Below, piece after piece: positions 36,844-50,873 of a stretch of DNA of 64,000 nucleotides; the stretch's first letter is position 1, and each line of letters starts with the position of its first letter. This stretch comes from Lingula anatina (Eukaryota; Animalia; Brachiopoda): NCBI GenBank assembly GCA_051362555.1, contig CM120649.1:18242567-18306566 (forward strand). The letters run 5' to 3'. The notes under the pieces were generated by a model. That model had not been told where the DNA came from, did not search any database, and saw only the letters and a list, made by a program, of their open reading frames with translations. A program made the position numbers and the translations under genes.

Positions 36844-39800
36844 TTTGATTCGAGTTTTCAGCTTGTGTGTTGTAAAATGACCGCTGAATTTCAATGTCCA
36901 AATGTTGTCTGTCGTGGAATATTATTTTGAAACACAGTCGATTTTTTATGATTAAATAATTTCTACAGAGAAAAATCGGTTTCGATTTCAAGTTCTTTCA
37001 GCTGCAGGCCGGTACAAAAAATAGATAAAACAGCGCCGTCTCTGGCCCCAAGTCCTGTTGGTCAAGTTGGTCAAAGAAAAGGACACTATCGCCACCTACC
37101 ACCCAGTGGTCACCGTGTGTGTGGAAGAGACACGGTTAAACGGCGGAATGTAGCGTTTCCCAACGGCGCACCGGTCTGATCCTCGCACGTCTCCTTTCCT
37201 TCTGTCCTTCCTTCCTTCCCAAGCCAACAACTGCAGCACCCGACCCCTGCCTCTCTCTCCGAGGTCGACGAGACGAAATGGAGCTGTGACAGCAGTGCAG
37301 TGAAACGTGATTCAAAGCTTATCGGGGCGGTTACGCTGGCACGCGAAAATATGCGCCGCGTCGTGGAGACAAGAGCCGCAGTGATAGCCCCCGTTCAGCA
37401 TAATTAGCAGTCTGATTTAACGTCTGATTTCAAGGACTAAAGACCACTAATTTTTACCGTTTATCATCATCACTCCTAATGTATTCGTTGCGTATGAACA
37501 ACCATGCCTTGTGTTACTGATTTCCTTAATATTTTGCATAGAAATAGAATATGTTATTACAGATAATACATGACCATTTAAACAGAGTGATTCTCATATA
37601 AGTACATATATACATATTGACAATAGCCGTTGCATTACAGCCGTGGTGCTTTTCTTCAAATTTTGCTTACGTAACTCTTAATTGTCTTCGTTAAATTAAT
37701 ACAAAGTTTATTTGGCATTATTTTGTGGTATGGCTGAAGGGGTTAATTTTAAAATTTTTATTTTTAATAAATAGATTAATGAATATCTATATATGAACAT
37801 GTGTACATACGTCTTGTATATGAATTGAAATAAAACGTGCACTGTAGGATATTATGAAATAAAGTAGGGTCTTTAGATACACGAAACAATGAATAAGAAT
37901 AGAATAATATAGACTTTAATTTGATTTAACCAATAAAACTAAATGGCAATAGAATAAAAATAAAATTGGATGAAATTATTTTTTTCAGTCAGTTCTAGCG
38001 TGCAGATTCTGAACCCGAATCTAAATCATCTAGAATTAGACTTACAAAAAACTAGACAACTCTCTTTTTTTTTCAGTTTTGTTCATATTAAACAACTTAA
38101 GCACTTAATGTCTCAACTGAAGTGACATCGATTCAGTCAATGCAAAACTCTTCGAAAAGACACAATAGGCTAACTACGCTACATTTCCGCGTCTGTGAAG
38201 TTAAACACGCTATCATAAAATCTCGCGAGAGGTTCGAGACGTGTAATTTACCGCGAAGAACGGTAATTAACGTTGGGGGCGTTGCGTTCACGTAGCGAAA
38301 AAGAGCAAAGTCGCAAAGCAATTTAGATAATCTTGACATCACTTCGACACAAGGTACGTGTGTTGAACTAGGACCATTATGGCGTATTATCTTGATTTCA
38401 TTAATCCTCTGTCCGGCTTGACCGCCATATTGCAATCATCATCATCATCATCATCATCATAAGCTCACATATTTAAAAAATTGCTTTACATCTGTCGACG
38501 GTGCTTTATCTCACATAGGGTTGCAACTTTGCTACTCTTGGAGTTTTTTACATTTTTTTCATCTGTTTTCGAGTATTGTTCTATTTCCACAATAATACAT
38601 AGTTGAGAATGTGTATATCATGGTCACACAAAAAGCTTTCTGACTTCCTCCTGCCCTTTCATCTTACCGTAATAATGACCTACATCATATGCTTTCTGTT
38701 GTGTAGAATTGTGGATAGTTCTTGCTTCCCTTCCTAAGCAAATTTCTTGGGACCATAATAACTCTTAGGGCTTATTCTTAATGAAACTATCGGTCAACGT
38801 AGAGCGATCCAACATCGTGGGGAATCTCGCTGAATGCAATCAGTTTAACAGATTGGCACGTTTCCAACGTGCTCGTATAATTACCATCTCCTCTTTATTC
38901 AATCAACGCCAAGAGGAGTGTTAATCCGTTAATCTGATTGCATTCAGCGAGATTCCCCTCTGAGTTCGACTTATCTACGAAGACCGATATTTTCATTGGG
39001 AACGAGCTCTTGGTTAGTTTGTATTGTTTTAATAGCAAGACGATTTCAGTCGGGAAGGAGTTCCTTCCACATTCCGTTTTCCAATTTTCAAAACAACTTC
39101 GTTTGGATGCACATATGAATGAAAGTTACGAGAATCAAGAGTATTAATGCGTGGGGATCTTGCGATGAATAGATTTTTATTTAATGTGTTTTTGATTACA
39201 TAAGAAATAGATTGCCGCCCGTTATTGTTGCGTTTAATTGGGCGATTTACGTAGCGAAAAGACCTCAATTTCTGACTTACATTGGCCACATACATGCAAT
39301 GCTTACATTCTCTTGAAATAAACTCATTCCAAAATATTTACCGGTAGCTGCCTTTTAAAATGAATTTCAAAGAAGGTGGAGCTTCTATCAAAATGATGGA
39401 TCATAAAATGGAATGTTAATCCGAGGCCAACAGATTCTGATCGCTCCTCTAAGTGAGTCATCCCGCTCAATTATTTATCTATTCGCTTATTCTTGTTGTG
39501 CGTTTGAGATACAAAGTATTCTTTTGATATCACGAATACTCGACAAGATGTAAATTGAACATATTCCAATATATGTTGATAAGTAAAAAAAAATCGCCAG
39601 CAGATTGCAGAGAGTCAACGCAATATTGGAGGTAAACAACAATCTCAATACCAGCCGATGATTCAAGAAAAAAATTACAACTTCGTACTTTTATATTAAA
39701 AATTCTGAACAATATCACTGGCAAAAGTAGACGCTCTAAGCCTTGTTGAATATCCAGATATTATTATGTTGACATCTCGCCATGTGCATCGACCCGAAAT

Positions 39801-39903
39801 GCTGTGCAGTGCGCACCGTACCACTTTAGAGACCATTGCCACACACTACACACGAAGCGTACAATCATACAATAAAGGATAATTATAATATTCGGCTGAA
39901 TTA

Positions 39904-40050
39904 GGCCTCATTTAGAATAGGGGACTAACTAGTCCGAGGGTCAAATATGGATACCTATTCAGTGTCTATTAGCGGAAAAGACGACAAGCTTTAAAGTTAG
40001 TCGCCATATTTGACCCTCGGACTAGTTAGTCCCCTATTCTGAATGGGGCC
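39904..40050. mobile_element. Small foldback MITE (Harbinger-like termini)
   Basis: About 46-bp TIRs ggcctcatttagaataggggactaactagtccgagggtcaaatatgg / ccatatttgaccctcggactagttagtcccctattctgaatggggcc, flanked by tta/ttg. Confidence 0.8.
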
Positions 40051-40125
40051 TTGTACAAACAATTCCCTCCGTACGTTAGAATTGTCTCCTCGAGGTTTCA
40101 ATACTTTATTTATCCATAAAAATCT

Positions 40126-41980
40126 TTATCTATAATAGTATTCATAACTGCTACCCAGCGTGGCTGAGTTCACGTCGGCAAATGTTTTGCATTCATGGTT
40201 AACAGTGTTCCAGTTGAGGGCCGTGCAACTGGAGTCTTGACAGCATAGTTGAATGCAGTCCTGGCTTGTGCCAGTGGTGGTGTCAGCCAGCTCAGTGCCG
40301 CCGGCACGCAGATTGGATCCTTGTGTCATACAGCCTGAAAACGAAATTCGATGAAAGGTGTTATTTAAGATTAGAATGGACGAAACAGATTTGTCAGTTT
40401 TTTTAAGGGTAAAAATTAAAAGGAATTTAGACCACATTCAATTTGATGTTTTTGAAAAAGTAAACTTTCCTTCTTTGTACTCTTTTTTTATTAAAATTTA
40501 TAATCATCTTTCGAAGTCCCTTTTTTAGCGTGTTCCTTTGAGAATAACATCAGTGCTTCCGACTGCCGTCAACTAGGCAAAATTACGGGCAGGTGAGTAG
40601 ATATCTATACAATCAGAACATTCCAAGTCATTAATTCGGTTCCAATTGATTCAGCTATCGACTTCACGATTTGCGTCCCATGCACGACAGACCAACAACA
40701 TACACGTGTGCTAGTACGTGTGGCCTTCATTAAATGTTTTATAATACCACCATTCAAAATGCGATATTAAGCAGACAAATCGTTTTCTTAACATTAAACT
40801 TACGATCCCACCCCCCTGCCGCTCCGCCCCAATTGATATTGTTACACACATATACATGTACGTACAAGCGACTACCGTGCATTCCTCGCTCTCGGTTCTA
40901 GGCCCAGCGCAGGCCGTGCCTCCATGTTGAGGCTCTGGGTCAGTACATGTGCGCTTGCGCGTTCTTGTCCCGATGCCGCACGTGTGTGAGCACGAGTCCC
41001 ACGCGCTCCAGGAGGTCCAGCTACCGGCAACTACAATGACCAACAGCATGTGTTTTCTGAGCCCTGTATGTATGTTTCTCATATTTTGTGAGTTATTGTC
41101 CAAAATGGAATGTATGGTCTATCGAGTCGAAACTTTTGAGACCATTCAACTGCACCTTAATGGGGAACATAAACATACACAAACCGCAGAATGTTACCGT
41201 ATATGTAAGCGCGTGTGCGTGTATACAAAGTAGCAGTTTATTACATGTAGTCTGTAATGTCCCAGTCGGTGGTATTTTGTCCTTTCTCTTTTACTTACCA
41301 GGTATTGGTGCACAGGTCTTCAGGTCCCACTGAAAAATTCAATAAACATCTTCAAAACTCCTGTCACTAACGGCATACTGAAAACTTTTACATTTTATAT
41401 AATTATTGACATCAAATACAGAAACTAGCGCGAATTTCGGCAAATTCAAAGAGGAAACAAAGTTGAAACCATATTTGTATTTTGTTGTGAGTTCTTTATT
41501 ATTCCATCTTCTCATGAGACAAGCTCTTTCACAAAGGTCACGTGTCGTATCATGTGACATGCGGTTTCCCGGGGAAATCATAAAAGAACTTGTGCACAAA
41601 ACATATTAATTACTCTAAGCAAAACACATTCAATACAATGTACTTATCAAAGTAAGTTTTTTCATCAAAGTTATCAAAATTCAATTTCATCTCTACCTGA
41701 GCGCCGCACACGGCTGGGCTTAAATGAAGATCGGTTGTCGCATTAGTCTGGGCTAGATTTCTAGAAGCTGTGTGCAGGACGTTTATCAGAGAACATGTTT
41801 TATCAGTGTAGTTGTAGTTGACGGAGACACAGTCCTGGTGTCTCACACACATAGAGACACAGTGGATGGCACTGGCGGAGGTTGCATTCTTTATAGGAGT
41901 CTCCTGTAACACCACCCCTGTTGTCTTGCAGAATTTGCCCTCGGAACAATCACCATTTCTATGTAATGAGAACTCATGGC
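40126..41980 (-). CDS. PAN/Apple - TSP1 - PAN protein, module 2 (no dedicated leader exon found)
   Basis: Exons (-): 41980-41697 (PAN: C.SMC....DCVSVNY....C.L), 41329-41299 (31-nt micro-exon WDLKTCAPIP), 41030-40866 (TSP1: WTSWSAWDSCSHTCGIGTRTRKRTC..PEPQHGG..C), 40334-40126 (PAN: DCIQLCCQDSSCTALNW...CK, TAA). AATAAA on the minus strand at 40105-40110. Confidence 0.8.
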
Positions 41981-42989
41981 CTGCAAGAAAGAAGAATGAC
42001 ATAGTCGCAAACAGTCAAGTACCGTATTGACTGACCTACCTTAATGATATTGTGGCACTTAAGGTTCAGTATGTTCATATCAGTATAAATGGTTGAAAAA
42101 TGGTATAACACATTCTGGTTATCGTTTCTGCTTGAAGCCAGCAAGTGATCTACAAAGGTGTGAAATAGAATAAAATACATGCATTTTTAGAATGATAACG
42201 ATTTTGATATGCCTGATTGTGATGGATGGGGGGTTAGAAGTGTAAGTACCCAAGTTCTTCTCCCCACTTGAGTACATTTGACTGTTTTTTTAAAACGATG
42301 CAAATGTACGCATTTTGACTTCTGGGAACATAATTTATTGATGAACTGCGCTCGTACTATATCCACCGACATAAATAAAATATCAAAGATATCGTAATAA
42401 CATACATTATGCCATTCATTAATTTCCCGAAATTACCAACTAAAAAGACAGGTTATAGTTTCTGAACATAAATTGGCTATGAAGTGTGCATAAGTAGTTC
42501 GGAAAAACAAAACTGTGTTAGATACGGAAGCAAAATCTATTCTGGTCACAAAATACGATTATGTGTATTATTTTAGGCTTTATGTGCCGAGCTATTGAGT
42601 GAAAATAAGAGCAAAATGCATATTGATCTTTTTTTTAAATAATGCACTTTGCTGTGGACTTTTGTTTACACAGTTTTCATGACATGGTCACCAGTGATTT
42701 ACATATCTGTGTTTGCGATTAGTTTTCATAATATAGACGCCAATTTCATGACCTTTTACCTCGACAATTTACTTTGACAACTCGCTGAAAAACCACTTTG
42801 AACACTTAACATTTGCAAGCACTATAACAATGCAAACAAAACTGATTTTCTTCCCATTTTCAGAAAGTAAATGTGCTTTCCAAGGACAATTTATTTGTGT
42901 GAAATGATATTCCGGTAATGAGTCAGATCCATCCAATGAGAGCAATGTGAACTGTGCTGATACTGTATTTATGAAGTGATAGATTCTTA

Positions 42990-43294
42990 GGCTTCGTTCA
43001 CATGGAAAATCTATTTTCTAAAATTCTAAAAATCTATTTTCGGTATCTTGTGATCACGGTCTCTAAGCTGTGAAGTTCATCAGTTTAGTTGTGACGACTC
43101 AAGCAGACAGACGCGTAATATGGCTAGTGGTAGTGCACAAAATCGACAAACACATTTTTCAAAGCAACTGCGACCGCCATTTACTTTCTTACTTCCTACT
43201 TCCGCGGGGTATCCAGGGCACAGGCCGTGATCACAAGATACCGAAAATAGATTTTTGGATTTTTAGAAAATAGATTTTCTATGTGAACGGAGCC
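42990..43294. mobile_element. MITE family C (Harbinger-like, TTA target-site duplication, about 70-bp TIRs)
   Basis: tta|GGCTTCGTTCACATGGAAAATCTATTTTCTAAAA...GTGATCACGG and the inverted CCGTGATCAC...TGTGAACGGAGCC|tta. Confidence 0.85.
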
Positions 43295-43304
43295 TTATAC
43301 TTAA

Positions 43305-43649
43305 AGGGATAATAACTCTTCGTATGACATCTATATTTCACAATAAAAACATTGTTTAATAACTCATAGAAATATAATACATGTATATTCTGTTTTACCA
43401 CAAAAACGGCAGTTAAAGTTATTATTCTGATATCTAAGCTTGTATTTAGACCACGTGACCTCCATTGATGGCTATACTCTGTTAAAATCTCTTAAGAGAT
43501 TTTAACAAAAAACCAAACTTTTTAGAAAAGAAAACGGGGACTAACTTTGAATGTAAAAATGGATTCATTAACCATTGGTAAGTATGGGAAAATTGTTGTT
43601 TACTCCAGGAAAATTCATTTTTTGGCCGAAACGAAGAGTTATTATCCCT
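43305..43649 (-). mobile_element. MITE family B copy 2 (Kolobok-like, TTAA target-site duplication)
   Basis: TTAA|AGGGATAATAACTCTTCGT ... ACGAAGAGTTATTATCCCT|TTAA; this is the reverse complement of 26739-27075. Confidence 0.85.
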
Positions 43650-46600
43650 TTAATTACTTCTGTCGTTTGGTAACAACAACACTTGAAAAGAAGGCTACCT
43701 TATATTTCTATTCTATACAATTAAAGCACCAGAGGGCTGTGCAGGGTGCAGTTTTTAATTTGTTCAAAATTATCTATGTGAAAAATTGATATTTTTGTCC
43801 ATTGAAAAGATCGAGTTATTACAACATTGTGTAATGCTTGAAAGTATTGTAGACCACTGAGGCGGATGGGGCGTTTCCTTCCTCTAGAATCTGCCCATAA
43901 TTTATTTTACAAACGGGTTTATTTATCTCGAGCCTTTTTTCTTGTCACTTTGCAGCCCCCGGCATGAAAATAATATATGTGTCTCAAGTGAAAAATGTCT
44001 GAGCAATTAAAGCATTCTAAATACGGATGGGAAATTCTACCCTTTTTCTGTATATCTCGATTCCTTTGATACAGCAAGGGGAGAATAGCAGCTGAATCAC
44101 TACTGGACATCGATATAAGGAGTGAAAATAATGGAAATATCTTTTGTACAAAATAAATGCAAATAAAGTAAAGTAGTCTCATGAGCGATTTTAATTGTCA
44201 CTCTCCATAAACATATAGGCCTTACAGCAGTTTTAGCGGATTTTATTTTTGCAAACGTGGACTTCCAGAATACTGGTTTTAATTGATTTGGATCAGCGAA
44301 CAATGCATTTCACAGAATATGTTGATTGATATACAACAATAAACTTGTTTTTATACCTACTTATAGTAGGCTTGTACTGTAATAGCTGTCATAATCCTTA
44401 TTTGTTCTTATTCGAGTTAAAAAAAAATGAAATTTGATCAGCTTTAATATAAATGAAGATTCCAGCGTTTCCGGGCATGGAATCAGCACCTCGTAACACT
44501 TGGTGATCTTTTTTTTTCTTTTCTTTTTTCTTTTTTTTTTCATATTGCTTCAAAATGGCCGCCAAAAGAATATTTGGCCATTCTGATCGGCTTAACATCT
44601 TTTAGTATTTCACCTAGAAATCATTTATCTCTTAATACATAGAAATTGTCCTTGTGAAATAATTCGCTTTTTAAAATACTTCATTTAGATAATCTCCTTT
44701 TTTAATTCATTGTTTACTTTTTTGTTGCCAAAGCAGCACCATGTAAAGGGGCAGCAGGAGGAACACCTCTTAATTGTGATTCCCGAATGCTGCTGCTGTG
44801 GATGTGATCTATTAGACAATGGAACACAACATAAAATGTAATGTGGTTGCTGGGTTGTGCTTAGTCAGAAAGTAGATCATAATTGTTGGATGTTTCAAAC
44901 TGCACAGACTTGGCAACCAAATAATATACATTTGTTGCCACGAAAACCAGTAGTTGACACTACAGCCAAGGCAAATAACATATTTGAGCATCATACATGT
45001 ATCAAAAAGTGCATAATTTAAGTCAATTTTGTAAAAATTTCACAAAATAATGTACGTTATCGAGTAGCAGCATACTTCTTTTTTTATTTCAATAAGTCTT
45101 TTTGCAAATATACATGTATGCCATTTCGCTTTCGCCAGATGACAGCATATCAGATCAGATAGACGTTCCCTTGATTGTTTTATCCAGGGAATTATATCGT
45201 AGATATAATTCCGTGTTTTATTAAAACTAAATTCCACTGATACAGTGTACTCGCAAATAAATAACAAACTACGGCAGCTGTGTTCCTTAATTACTCATGG
45301 TGATTACAACAATGCAGGTACTTCCTTAACAAAGTACAACGTTAACGCGTATATTGTAACGATTTGTTTTTAAATCAGAATAAAAACATGTACTTGTTGT
45401 TTAAGAAAAATAGATCAGAAAAAAAAATGCCCTGCATTTATGTTACGCTATCAAAGTTCAGAACTATGCAGTGGCATTTTTTCAATCCATAGAGAGTTTA
45501 AGAGTTACTGCATTTCGATTTTTGTCAAATCTATGCCATTTCCCCATTGATTAAACAATTTGAACCGATTTTGCAGCGTTTAGTTTGCAAAACTGAAATA
45601 TGTTAACAGAAATTTGATTAAATGGACACTGTGCTTATTTCTAAAGGTCAACACAATTAACTGTTAATTTTTGTCAAGTTGCAATCAGTCACAGGAAAAG
45701 TTCCCGACTCTTGGTCCTGCACAATGGCATTAAATAGAGACTAAAGTAGAAATATTTTAAATCAAAACATATTTCAGCTCTTACATGTACATTACATCGG
45801 GTAAATACAAAACAATTCACTTGCCTCTCGCTATTCTTGTGAGCAGTAATAACGCGATCAAGATGAAAAAAATTGGTGGCGACATTATGCCACTTGGCGG
45901 TTCTTCGACGAGCGTGCCTCCGAGATGTAACGTTGACCCTCAGGACTACATGCACATATATTCTTTTAAGACCGTGTTGATGTGTCGATAAGTACTATAT
46001 GTAGATCCTCTTGGTGCTATTAATTGGAATCTCCGGAAAAACGCCCATATCAATAGCATAACAAATATTGACGTCTACGAAGTAGCCCCAGAGGCTTTCA
46101 TTATTTGTTCAACAAATGGAAAGCAAAACGAAGATGAAGTAATGGACATTGTAATATTTCATTTGCCCACAATTCTTAATTACGTTTCTAAGAAAAAGAA
46201 ACAAATGTTTCTTAATGATAATAATGTTTTGCTCTTGCTGTTTTCGACATACAGATCTGAATGTGAATACGGGATTTCGTTTTCACCAGTAGAGAATGGT
46301 AAGTGACCATTGATCTCCTCTGTCAACAAACTGGCGGTCACGACTTTCCAGCAAAATCTACAAACTTGCCCAGCTTCCGGTGGCAAGTTAGGTCCCTTGT
46401 TCATTATGTCGACTTTCGATGCAGGCCCGTAGCCATCAATTCCAAAGTGGGGGAGGGGAGGGGGGCGGGGTCTTTCCGAAAAAGTGGACCGTTTACCATG
46501 AAACCTTTGTGTACCTTTTCCCGCCCCCGAGCTACGGGCCAGCGATGGCTAATAATTTTCATTAAATACTCCTGTTTAGGCTCTCTTTTATCCAATGGTA

Positions 46601-46673
46601 ACGGAGTCCAATAGAAAAGAAACATAGCTTGCAAATAAAAACAGTCAAAGCATCTTCACAACGGCAGACGGCC

Positions 46674-47658
46674 TTAATAAAAATAATCAAAAGGCACAGA
46701 TTGGCCTTGAGTGTAGCCTGACCAATCAGAGAATGTTTTACATGCGTTCTCGCCGTCATTCCTCCAGTTAGCGTATTTGCACTCGTTGTCAGCACAGCAT
46801 AAATTAACGCACTCTTCTTTGGTGGACGTGATGGCGTACAATAATTGAGTGCCGGATGTGATCCGTCTCCCTGTGTGGTATAGAGACATGGAGCAACCTG
46901 TAAAATATGAGAAAAAATTAAGAAAAGTACAATAACACTGGAAACGAATTAGGCTGTCAGCTAAAAAATAGGACATCTGAGCGTATATATTAATTTTTGA
47001 AAAAGGACGAAAAATAGCGATGACAATTATCCTTATTTTTGAAGTATTTATCCTAGCTAACTGTGCACTAAAGTTGTCAGAGGAAAATTACATCTAAAAG
47101 TACAAATTTCTAGTTGTTATCAACACGTATTCAAACAACTTAGTACCATAAGAAGGCATCTATCTGTCCTTCACAGCCAACTGCGTTTTACTTGGATGGT
47201 TGCAAATTCTGTTCGGGAACTCATTCAATTCTTGCTAAAATCACTTAGATCGAATTCGCTGCGGTTTACCTAGCAAGGTGTGAGCAACAGGCCTAGGGAC
47301 CCGGTTCACCAAAAGACATAGAAGCTGAACAGTGGTCTTAGGAACAACTGTTAAATATTTCAGCTCATTACATTGCTTTTTGCCAAGGATCTAAAAGGGC
47401 CTTCAATCTAACCCATTGTGTTTGAACCAGACTTATTATGTACCAACAGCTCATAAAACTCTTGGGCTAAAATCTGAGTCGTACATGTATTTACACAGGT
47501 ATAAGATTTTAGCATTCTAAGCAAAGCCTACATTTTTCTTCATATTCTATTTCTTAAATATGTACATAAAATTATAACTTTTAATTAATTCATTTATTCA
47601 TTAATTTTTGTAATTATTCAAATTTTATTGATTAGAATGCGCGCACGCGCGCACACGC

Positions 47659-47689
<31 letters not shown>

Positions 47690-48409
47690 AGGTCCTCTGT
47701 TGTTTACGCAATTTTAAATTATATTTTCTATTACATTTTCATATATTTATCTTTATATATATATATTAGTTATTTTTTAAATATACTGTACACACAGGCG
47801 ACCACCGCACACTCGGCTGTCTCTGTGTTATTGCCAACACAGTCTGTTCCTCCATGTTGAGGCTCTGGGTTACTGCATGTTCTCGTGCGCGTTCTGTTCC
47901 CGCCCATGCACGACTGTGAGCACGAGCTCCACGAGCTCCAGGCGGTCCATTCGCCGTTGACTAAAAATAGAAAGAAATATCGATCACGGTGTTATGAAAA
48001 ACAGACGATGAACACATTGCCTTAATGGCATACGGTTTACATAACTACATGTATGAAGTCTAATCGCTTAAAAACGATCCCTGCAACAACAATGACCAGT
48101 CGATTAATTTTGTTGCCACAAATGGACCTAATTGATAAACAAATAACCCTTCTGTGTCAGTAATTAAGCTACCACAACAGAGATCTCGGGATACATTCTG
48201 GCGGCATTTGTTTTGTCTTTGGCAGAAACATCGATATGTGCCGTTTTATGTAAGTGGATGACAAAATCAAGCGTCAGTGTCGAATATCGACTTTTGTGTA
48301 TAGTGCTATCTCCTTTAACACGTTGCAAGAGCCGTTTGTGACCCTCAAAGCTGCCAAAATCATCTGTTGTCCCCTGTTGGAAAATGAAACTATTATTTTA
48401 TCCATTTTA

Positions 48410-48448
<39 letters not shown>

Positions 48449-50873
48449 TGCTATAGGTTCATCTACAAATTCTCGAATGCAATTTGGTCAACTGAAAGCG
48501 GGAAATTGGTATGCTTCAAACCCCAGCCGAATTATTTTAATTAAAATTAGCAAAGTTAGTAATTAGCAAAGGAGGTTATTTCAACTTTAAAGTATATGGG
48601 GAACTTACTTGTTTCTGGTATGCAGGTTTTCAAATTCCACTGAAATAAACAAGTAAATACACATTGAGACAAAATCATATAATATAAAAAAAGGTTAAGG
48701 CAGCACACAATGTCTGGGCAGTTTGTTCTTAAATAATATGTGGACAGTGTGATCAAACATATTAACCTTTTTTTAGCCCTTCACAATGTCAATTGCTCAA
48801 CAGTGAGTGATCATCATACATGTTGATGGTAATTAGGAGAAAACGCAAAGTTAAAAAAAGCTAAAACTATATCTCTAAAACTACTTCGTCTTACGGTACA
48901 AAATGATGAAACTTAGAGAGAGACACAGAGCGCGCAGACCTCCGCCTAGGGAGCTCAATTATCATAATTAATTAATTAATGGATAACTAAGCAAAATCTA
49001 ACCCCTTTACCCTAGCCTATTTCTGGCCTTTTCTTAAACTTTGATCTTTTTTACTTCTAGGTCGAATTTCCCTTTTAAAACACTACCAATTTTCTTGTAC
49101 ACCCGAATCATTGTTGGACCCAACCCTGCACATTGGGTTTCAAGTATTACACCATTTCTAAACATATCATTTAGTACTAAATAGCTGCCCAGTTACTTAC
49201 ACCGTCATGTATTTCAGAAGAAAAAAATCGACATCAGATACTTTTATTTGAGGGGTTTTATCGTAATTAAGGTCTGGATTGGGAATAATTAGAAGGTTTG
49301 AGGATATGAAGATATGTACAATATGACTTTAAAAAACCAGAAAAGACAAAATTCTGAAGTCAAGGGTAGAGGTTATCATAATTGTAATCGGCAAGGTCGT
49401 TGGGGTCTGCAATTCTATTTCTTTTACGGCGTTAGCAAACCGCTTCAACGACACGGAACATTTTTAATTCAAATAGCCGGTAAAGTTTACGTTCTTGCCA
49501 GTTGACTTTGTCATTTATGTATCATCATTCTAGCGATAATCGACCCCGAATAAATACAAGCTGCACGCGTACTAAAGAGATAGGGACGATTTAGCAATCA
49601 CCCCCCCCCCCTCAACTGGTGGTCCTCTTAATCATGAAAAATCTTCCGTCTAAGCTATTGATTGCAAGTATTATTCAGACAAGCGGATGAATCTGCATCC
49701 GCATCAAAATGTGCAAACATTACACAATCAAGTTCGTCAATTAATTAACGCGTTACTAGGGTTGGCCAAGGGGCCGTTACTGTTCAGAGAGCGCCAATAA
49801 ACATTAAAAGACGCAGAAAATATCCAGTTTGAAAATTAACGAAGTTCTAATCTCATTACTACCTGAGCGCCGCACACGGCTGGGCTTAAATGAAGATCGG
49901 TTGTCGCATTAGTCTGGGCTAGATTTCTAGAAGCTGTGTGCAGGACGTTTATCAGAGAACATGTTTTATCAGTGGAGTTGTAGTTGACAGAGACACAGTC
50001 CTGGTGTCTCACACACATAGAGACACAGTGGATGGCACTGGCGGCGGTTGCATTCTTTATAGGAGTCTCCTGTAGCACCATCCCTGTTGTCTTGCAAAAT
50101 TTGCCTTCAGAACAACCGCTGTTTCTGTGCAAAGACAGCTCGTGGCCTGCAAGAGCGAAAAAAACTTTAAATGATACTGTGGCACCAATAGATAGTTCAA
50201 TATAACCACACCGACACCAAAGGTTTAAAACTGTAATAAATATTCAGTTTAATAATTTAAAGTTTAAAAATATATATTTGTTATCTCATTTTTAATGTGG
50301 AGACGAAACTGAAGAAAATTGTAGTTTTTATCATTTATGACAACATGCATGGAACCAAAAGGATAAAAAAGTTTGACACCATATAAAGGAGTACATACAA
50401 TTTTTAACCTGTATTGCGTCGAGAGAAATTCGTTATCTCTCACAAACCTTTGAAATAACTAATGTGAGGCTACGTACCAAAACATCAGAGAGAAATTTCG
50501 TGGATATTAAGCTTTTTACCTACAGACAATGGCTTATGGCAGAAGTTATCCGAAAATGCTACAAACTCCCATATATTGAAAGCAGGCGGTCAAATACCAC
50601 GATATGTCTTCCTTATGTTTCTTGCCAGATTTCGCAACTTTTATGTTATATAAAAGCGTTTATGAATGCAAGCCAAGGCATGATGTAAGTTATTCAAATA
50701 ACCTACACAGGACTGAACGTTATACTTCAACAGTAACGCTAGTATTACTAACGGTACTTCATACCCCATAAATAACATCCGTTAAAACATACTACTGTAC
50801 AAAGCTTACCTTCAGCCATTTCCAGGTAAAACACCATCCCCATCATCATGATAAGACACTTTGTGAAGGCCAT
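46674..50873 (-). CDS. Secreted PAN/Apple - TSP1 - PAN protein, module 1
   Basis: Exons (-): 50873-50810 (signal peptide MAFTKCLIMMMGMVFYLEMAE), 50146-49863 (PAN), 48639-48609 (micro-exon WNLKTCIPET), 47960-47796 (TSP1: WTAWSSWSSCSQSCMGGNRTRTRTCSNPEPQHGG), 46897-46674 (PAN: ECVNLCCADNECKYANW, TAA). All phases are consistent. Confidence 0.85.
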
